Positions 7,630 to 13,022 of a stretch of 13,022 bases of DNA are shown here, in pieces. The position numbers and the translations under genes are program-made. The stretch is from contig JBCBJQ010000139.1 of NCBI GenBank assembly GCA_038523235.1, forward strand, positions 1-13,022, in the 5' to 3' direction. This stretch comes from Cyanobacteria bacterium J06626_4 (lineage in GTDB: Bacteria; Cyanobacteriota; Cyanobacteriia; Phormidesmidales; Phormidesmidaceae). Position 1 is the stretch's first letter; every line of letters begins with the position of its first letter. The notes under the pieces are model-generated. The model did not search any database. It had not been told where the DNA came from and was given only the letters and a program-made list of their open reading frames with translations.

Positions 7630-8829
7630 ATGGGCTCAGATCTGTTGAATCAGCAAATGGAGGCAGTGAGTCGACCGCGCGGCCGATCGCTGCTATTGGG
7701 TGCGGCGGCTGTCGCCGCGATCGGCGTGACGGCGGGGTGGATCTGGCAAAATCAGGGGATTTTGTGGTCAGGGAACGATGTTGAGACCGTGGCCCCCGCC
7801 CCGATTCCGACGGTGACGGCCTTAGGGCGACTGGAGCCCGAGGGGGAAGCTGTGAGTTTGGTCGCACCGACCACGGCCCAAGAAACCCGCATCGGAGAAT
7901 TGCTGGTGGCCGAGGGCGATCTAGTTAACGCCGGGCAAGTGGTCGCCATTTTAGATAACCGTGACCAGTTGCAAGCCGCCCTGCGCAGCGCCGAAGAACA
8001 GGTCCGAATTGCCCAGGCCCAACTCGATCAGGTCGAAGCCGGGGTCAAAACCGGTGAATTGCAGGCTCAGGAAGCCGAAATTGCCCGCTTTCGGGCCGAA
8101 GAGACGGGCACCCTCGCCACTCAGCAGGCCATCATCAACCGCTTAGCCGCCGAAGTCGAAAACGCTCGCCTGGAATACCAGCGGTATGAGTCGCTCTATC
8201 AGCAAGGGGCGATTTCGGCCTCCGAACGCGACACCAAGAAATTGACCTATGACACCGCCCAGCAGCAGCGGCAAGAGGCCCAAGCAGAACTTGATCGCTT
8301 GCAAACCACGACTCAGGAACAGATTGCGCGGGCTGAGGCCACCCTCGATCAGTTGGCAGAAGTGCGGCCCGTCGATGTGGAGCTAGCGGCAGCAGAATTG
8401 GCCGCGACCCAGGCCGCTGTGGCCGCGGCGCAGGTGGATCTTGACAAAGCCTATGTGCAAGCACCCCAGGCCGGGCAGGTGGTCAAAATTCACACTCGCC
8501 CTGGCGAAAACATTGCCAGCGAAGGGATTGTCACCCTCGGCAATACCCAGCAAATGATGGCGATCGCCGAAGTGTATCAAAGTGACATTCAGCGCATTCA
8601 GGTAGGGCAGCCGGTCACGATTACCTCGCCGGTGATCGCGGGCGCACTCAACGGCACGGTCGAGCGCATTGGCCTGCAGGTGGAATCGCAGCAGGTGGTG
8701 GATGAAAATCCCGCCGCCAACATTGACGCCAAAGTAATCGAAGTCCACGTTCGCCTTGATGAGGCGGCCAGCGCTGCCGTCGCCGGTCTCACCAATTTGC
8801 AAGTCACCGTCAGCATCGTCACTGAATAA
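7630..8829 (+). CDS. devB: DevB-family ABC exporter membrane fusion protein
   Basis: N-terminal TM anchor, VTALGRLEPEGE, lipoyl-like LLVAEGDLVNAGQVVAILD, a long coiled coil, AEVYQSDI and LTNLQV. Probably a paralogue rather than the heterocyst-specific gene. Confidence 0.93.
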   Translation: MGSDLLNQQMEAVSRPRGRSLLLGAAAVAAIGVTAGWIWQNQGILWSGNDVETVAPAPIPTVTALGRLEPEGEAVSLVAPTTAQETRIGELLVAEGDLVNAGQVVAILDNRDQLQAALRSAEEQVRIAQAQLDQVEAGVKTGELQAQEAEIARFRAEETGTLATQQAIINRLAAEVENARLEYQRYESLYQQGAISASERDTKKLTYDTAQQQRQEAQAELDRLQTTTQEQIARAEATLDQLAEVRPVDVELAAAELAATQAAVAAAQVDLDKAYVQAPQAGQVVKIHTRPGENIASEGIVTLGNTQQMMAIAEVYQSDIQRIQVGQPVTITSPVIAGALNGTVERIGLQVESQQVVDENPAANIDAKVIEVHVRLDEAASAAVAGLTNLQVTVSIVTE

Positions 8830-8840
8830 CGAGGAAATCA

Positions 8841-10016
8841 ATGATGCGTCTTTGGACAACCTTACAGCAGCGAACGCCCCTCGGCTTGCTGCAGCTCAAG
8901 CATGACCCCATCCGCCTGTTGACGGCGATTGCGGGCATTACCTTTGCCGACATTTTGATTTTTATGCAGTTGGGGTTTGCCGACGCCTTGTACAAAAGCA
9001 ACACGCAGTATCCGCGGGCGCTGCAAACCGATTTAGTGCTGATCAGCAGCGAAGCTAAAAATTTCGGCCAGTTGAGCAGCTTTACCCGTCGCCGGCTTTA
9101 TCAGGCTCTCGATGTGCCCGGCGTGGTTTCAGCGGATGCCCTCTATCTCGGCTCCGTTACCTGGCGCAATCCGCAAACGGATAAAGAGGCGTCGATGCTG
9201 CTGATCGGGCAAAACCCCGAGCAACCGGCCTTTGAGCTGCCAGTCGTTAACGAGCAGCTGGAGACGGTGCTGTTGCCCGACACCGTCTTGTTTGACCGCG
9301 CCGCCCGAGGTGACTATACCCAGGTCATCGAACAGGTTGAACAAGGCGATCGCGTCACGACAGAAATTGGGCTGCGCACGATCACAGTGGGCGGCCTGTT
9401 TGAAGTGGGAGCCTCCTTTGGGGATGATGGGGCCTTGATCACCAGCGATCAAAACTTTTTACTACTGTCGCCCCGGCGCGAACCCGGCGCCGTGAGTATC
9501 GGCCTGATTGAGCTAGCCCCCGACGCCGATTGGGACGCGACCCAAGGGGCACTCAGAGACCGGCTACCTAACGACGTCTACGTCTTGACCCATGAGGAAT
9601 ATGTTGACTTTGAGCTGAACGATATTCAGGGAGAATCGCCGATCGGCGTGGTGTTTGGTCTGGGGTCAGCCATGGGATTCATCGTGGGGGTGGTGATTGT
9701 GTATCAGGTTCTGTCCACAGACGTGAATAGCCACCTGGGGGAATATGCCACCTTTCGCGCCATGGGATATCGCAACTCTTACCTGCTCGGCATCGTCTTT
9801 GAGGAGGCGCTCATTCTCTCGATCTTGGGCTTTATACCGGGTCTAGTGGTGTCTTTAGGCATCTATCAGTTGGCGTCGATCGCCACGGCCCTGCCCATGG
9901 TGATGACCGTCGGTCGAGCCGCTGGTGTCTTCGTTCTCACGTTTGTCATGTGTGGTGGTTCGGGGGCGATCGCGACTCGCCGCCTGCAGGCCGCCGACCC
10001 GGCTGACATCTTCTAA
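8841..10016 (+). CDS. devC: DevC-family ABC exporter permease (FtsX/MacB-like)
   Basis: TPLGLLQL, AIAGITFADILIFMQLGF, VIVYQVLSTDV, EYATFRAMGY and the terminal ADPADIF. GAGGA RBS at 8831-8835. Confidence 0.95.
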   Translation: MMRLWTTLQQRTPLGLLQLKHDPIRLLTAIAGITFADILIFMQLGFADALYKSNTQYPRALQTDLVLISSEAKNFGQLSSFTRRRLYQALDVPGVVSADALYLGSVTWRNPQTDKEASMLLIGQNPEQPAFELPVVNEQLETVLLPDTVLFDRAARGDYTQVIEQVEQGDRVTTEIGLRTITVGGLFEVGASFGDDGALITSDQNFLLLSPRREPGAVSIGLIELAPDADWDATQGALRDRLPNDVYVLTHEEYVDFELNDIQGESPIGVVFGLGSAMGFIVGVVIVYQVLSTDVNSHLGEYATFRAMGYRNSYLLGIVFEEALILSILGFIPGLVVSLGIYQLASIATALPMVMTVGRAAGVFVLTFVMCGGSGAIATRRLQAADPADIF

Positions 10017-10083
10017 AAAGATTGCCGCAAAAGCAGATACCGGCACGGGAAGGACGGGTTTAGCGAGTAATACCGATTCTGCA

Positions 10084-10151
10084 TGACGGCGCGCCCCCGC
10101 TGTCGCCGCCCCCTTGATCAAGGGGGCATTCACTATAGCGAGCCGCCGTCA
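10084..10151. repeat. Long imperfect hairpin with a perfect 20-bp palindrome at its apex (REP/small dispersed repeat-like)
   Basis: GCCCCCTTGATCAAGGGGGC (10108-10127) is enclosed by CGCTGT/ATAGCG (10098-10103/10135-10140) and TGACGGCG/CGCCGTCA (10084-10091/10144-10151). Confidence 0.65.
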
Positions 10152-10196
10152 GGTTGGGACACTTTTAATCGCCGGATCGCTGGCGGCAAGGCCCTC

Positions 10197-10221
10197 CCCG
10201 GCACCTTGAACCCGGCACCTT
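10197..10221 (+). repeat. Direct repeat CCCGGCACCTT x2, period 14
   Basis: Copies at 10197-10207 and 10211-10221. The core CCGGCAC also occurs at 10040-10046. Confidence 0.7.
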
Positions 10222-10263
10222 TCTACCCTCTGCCATACCCGAATTTTATTGAATTCATTCATC

Positions 10264-10971
10264 ATGAGCCCAGATCTCTCTATCGTTGTGCATCAGGTTG
10301 ACCACTTTTTTGGTACGGGTCGCCTGCGTAAACAAGCGCTATTCGATATCAACTTAGAAATCTCGACGGGCGAGATTGTGATTATGACTGGGCCATCGGG
10401 CTCTGGCAAAACGACCCTACTGACACTGATCGGCGGTTTGCGATCGGCGCAATCAGGCAGTTTGCAAGTCGTGGGCCATGAAATTTGTGGGGCGACGGAA
10501 AATGAACTGGTGCAGGCCCGCCGCCACAACGGCTATATCTTTCAGGCGCATAATCTGCACGGCAGCCTCACCGCGCTAGAAAATGTGCAGATGGGACTAG
10601 AAGTTCACGGGGTTTGGACCAAGGCAGAGCGGCACCGGCGCGCCAAAGAAATGCTGGAGCGGGTCGGTTTGGGCGATCGCGCTGACTATTATCCGGCTGA
10701 CCTGTCGGGTGGGCAAAAACAGCGGGTGGCGATCGCCCGCGCCCTGGTCAGTCGGCCCAAAATCGTACTGGCCGACGAACCTACCGCCGCCCTCGACAAA
10801 AAATCGGGCCGAGATGTAGTGGATATCATGCATGACTTGGCTAAGCAGCAGGGCTGCACCATTTTGCTGGTTACCCACGACAACCGCATCCTCGATATTG
10901 CCGATCGCATTGTTTATATGGAAGATGGCCGCCTGTCAAAACAGCCCGACCCGGTGGAAAATGCTGATTAG
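10264..10971 (+). CDS. devA: DevA-family ABC exporter ATP-binding subunit
   Basis: Walker A GPSGSGKT, GYIFQAHNL, signature LSGGQKQR, Walker B IVLADEPT and H-loop LLVTHD. ATG 10264 is preferred over TTG 10249. Confidence 0.96.
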   Translation: MSPDLSIVVHQVDHFFGTGRLRKQALFDINLEISTGEIVIMTGPSGSGKTTLLTLIGGLRSAQSGSLQVVGHEICGATENELVQARRHNGYIFQAHNLHGSLTALENVQMGLEVHGVWTKAERHRRAKEMLERVGLGDRADYYPADLSGGQKQRVAIARALVSRPKIVLADEPTAALDKKSGRDVVDIMHDLAKQQGCTILLVTHDNRILDIADRIVYMEDGRLSKQPDPVENAD

Positions 10972-11218
10972 CATAGATAAAGCTGGTCATGATAGCTGCT
11001 TCCTCTCGCCCCTTTTCGGGCCGCGCCAAAGGCTTTGAAACACCAACTTTATGACCCTTCTAAACGTCAGAGCTGATAAGCGCAAGGGGCCTCATCCCGA
11101 CCAAGATTAGACAACGTCCTGGTTTAATGACATCAGACCGGAAAGACGAAATCAAGCGAGATATCGCCGACGCGGGATGTCCTCCATTCACGATCGCGAC
11201 AAAACTCTGAGTAGCTCT

Positions 11219-12850
11219 ATGACGATTAGATTTTGGCCAAACCGACGGTTGAAATATGGGGCGTTGCTATTAGTCGCCCTGATGCTGCAATGGCTGCTGA
11301 TAGCCTTGCCAGGGTTGAGCACCGAGCGCCTCTTCGTCAACTTTGGGGCGGTGGAGTACTCCGTATCCGTAGCTAATTTAGAGACCTTCGCCCGCACCGG
11401 TGAACTCCCCTACGAACTCAGAAGTTTGGGGCGGTTTCTCTCAGCGGAACAGCTTGAGCAGCTGCGTAACGGGCTCACGGTGAGCGCCGATATCGATGTC
11501 GTTACCGTCTCCCAGTTCTTGTACTCTGCCCAGGGTGAAGCCACCTTACGGTTGTTAGGGGAACTGGTGCAAACAGCCGCGCGACAGAATGGCGCGTCGG
11601 CCATTCGCGCAGCCTTGATTTTGGCAGCAGCAGACGGTGAGGGCCAATTCAACGCGCTCAATATTCTTAACCATTTCCCCACTCAGGGAGCCCGGGTTGA
11701 TTTACAACGACTCTCCACCGTGGCGCGGACGGTGATCACTGAACTGAACGAGACCGAAGCGGCCGTGACGCAGATTCAGCAGCAGGCGGCTCTGGACCTG
11801 GCCAGCGCTGGCGAGGCGAGTGCTACCGCGGTGAACCTATTGCAACCCGGACCAGAACGCTGGCAGATGCAGTCGCTCGATCAGCTGACGTTACCCACTG
11901 ATTTATATCTACCCGCCAGACAAAATGCGCCTTTGATCGTCATCTCCCATGGGTTGGGGGGCGATCGCACGACCTTTGCCTATCTGGCTGAACATTTAGT
12001 CTCCTATGGGTTTGCCGTGGCCGTGGTCGAACACCCTGGCAGCAGTGCCGCGCAGCTGGAGGCGCTGCTCACCGGCCAAGCGGACAACGTGATTGAGCCC
12101 GAAGAGATGATGCGTCGCCCGCTTGCGATTCAGACGCTCTTAGATGAGTTGGCCACCGTGGCGCAGGAGCCGACGATTGGCGATCACCTCAATCTCCAGC
12201 AGGTCGGTGTTTTAGGGCAGTCTCTCGGAGGCTACACGACCTTGGCCTTAGCCGGAGCAACCGTCCAAAGCAGCACTTTAGAACCGGTGTGCCCGATCCA
12301 GACTTCGAGCCCGCTGAATTTGTCGCTGCTGCTGCAGTGTGCGGTGCTCACCCTGCCTCAGCCGCTACCGCCGTTAGCGGATCAGCGCATCCAGGCGGCG
12401 ATCGCCATCAATCCGCTCGATAGTGCGGTGTTTGGCCCGGTGGGCATGGCCAATATCACCGTGCCCACAATGGTCGTCTCCGGCAGTGCTGATACGGTGA
12501 CGCCTGCCTTAGCAGAGCAGATTCGCCCCTTTACTTGGCTTGAGTCGGCGGAGCGCTATCTCTTGCTAATGGAAAATGGCACTCACTTTTCGACCATTTA
12601 TGAGCCGGACCCCAGTGCCGCCGCCATCCCCGTGCCGGCGCAGATCATCGGCCCCGCCCCCGAGGCGGCGCAGCGCTACATCCAGGCGATGAGCGTGGCG
12701 TTCTTCAAAACCTATTTGGCCGGGGAAGATACCTACCGCGCCTATTTGAATCAAGCGGCTGTGCAACCGCTGAGCAACCCGGCTCTGCCGCTGTCTCTAG
12801 TCCAGGAGTTCACGCTTGATGAAGAGTCAATCACTCAAAATCGAACATAA
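11219..12850 (+). CDS. Cyanobacterial alpha/beta hydrolase (esterase/lipase-like) with N-terminal DUF1400 domain and probable signal peptide
   Basis: Basic then hydrophobic N-terminus followed by TERL. DUF1400-like LETFARTGELP...SQFLYSAQGE...AIRAALILAA. Oxyanion ISHGLG, nucleophile GQSLGG (Ser codon 12221), SGSADTVTP and GTHFS give an intact triad. Start at ATG 11219 or 11177. Confidence 0.88.
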   Translation: MTIRFWPNRRLKYGALLLVALMLQWLLIALPGLSTERLFVNFGAVEYSVSVANLETFARTGELPYELRSLGRFLSAEQLEQLRNGLTVSADIDVVTVSQFLYSAQGEATLRLLGELVQTAARQNGASAIRAALILAAADGEGQFNALNILNHFPTQGARVDLQRLSTVARTVITELNETEAAVTQIQQQAALDLASAGEASATAVNLLQPGPERWQMQSLDQLTLPTDLYLPARQNAPLIVISHGLGGDRTTFAYLAEHLVSYGFAVAVVEHPGSSAAQLEALLTGQADNVIEPEEMMRRPLAIQTLLDELATVAQEPTIGDHLNLQQVGVLGQSLGGYTTLALAGATVQSSTLEPVCPIQTSSPLNLSLLLQCAVLTLPQPLPPLADQRIQAAIAINPLDSAVFGPVGMANITVPTMVVSGSADTVTPALAEQIRPFTWLESAERYLLLMENGTHFSTIYEPDPSAAAIPVPAQIIGPAPEAAQRYIQAMSVAFFKTYLAGEDTYRAYLNQAAVQPLSNPALPLSLVQEFTLDEESITQNRT

Positions 12851-13022
12851 CAACACCCATACTTCAACTTCAGTTCCTTCAATCTCTTCCAAAGAAAAAG
12901 GTTAAGTTAGTATGATTGTCTAAGTTCGCAGTCTTGAAGTATAGCCAACTTTAGTCAATTGTTGATTTCCCGCTTCGAATCACTTTTCGGCTGAGATTCA
13001 GAATAAGCAAAATCACTGAAAA

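Larger units (their letters stand above)
317..12405. repeat. Dispersed HIP1 octamer GCGATCGC, 18 copies
   Basis: Exact copies start at 317, 2656, 2790, 3701, 3789, 4542, 5071, 5319, 5871, 6417, 6782, 8560, 9346, 9966, 10673, 10729, 11961 and 12398 (manual count). HIP1 is a known cyanobacterial genome signature. Confidence 0.92.

Noticed and set aside
10036..10075. GGGAAGG motif suggesting a cobalamin riboswitch
   Set aside because: The other B12-box elements are not recognisable, and the position inside an exporter operon does not fit. An Rfam scan would settle it.
10083..10301. 72-aa ORF spanning the devC-devA spacer
   Set aside because: A Pro/Gly/Arg-rich translation of palindromic DNA that overlaps devA out of frame and lacks an RBS.
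7607..10910. Antisense and alternate-frame ORFs over devBCA (e.g. 8383-8859, 9129-9452, 9855-10133)
   Set aside because: Shadow ORFs with no coding signal.
11059..11073. CTAAACG as a third TetR operator upstream of the hydrolase
   Set aside because: Only a partial half-site, and the other half does not match GTTTAGT.
12851..13022. AT-rich tail with CTTC repeats and a TATGAT hexamer (12911-12916)
   Set aside because: Probably promoter DNA for a gene outside the window. Nothing can be supported from this fragment alone.

Overview
Cyanobacterial chromosomal segment. Evidence: psbA, a VKOR-thioredoxin fusion, NTRC, a DevBCA exporter, and 18 HIP1 GCGATCGC sites counted by eye. A non-heterocystous Leptolyngbya/Nodosilinea/Prochlorothrix-type lineage is an inference only. 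Gene order: 3' end of psbA (oxygen-evolving D1) with terminator; convergent DUF697/YcjF-like protein with a C-terminal SHOCT motif (-); atypical soluble histidine kinase, probably Hik34 (+); VKOR-Trx fusion (+); NADPH-thioredoxin reductase C (+); DUF2809-like membrane protein (+); TetR regulator (-) divergent from a devBCA-type ABC exporter (+); DUF1400 alpha/beta hydrolase (+). I saw no rRNA, tRNA, CRISPR array or transposase. No gene family here is clearly new. The best leads are: (i) D1 with a plant/Prochlorothrix-like 9-aa C-terminal extension; (ii) a TetR-devBCA-esterase module with a double operator over its promoter; (iii) a structured palindromic 247-nt spacer between devC and devA; (iv) a kinase/VKOR/NTRC thiol-redox cluster with a possibly RBS-occluding leader. 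All family assignments come from motif recognition, not database searches.
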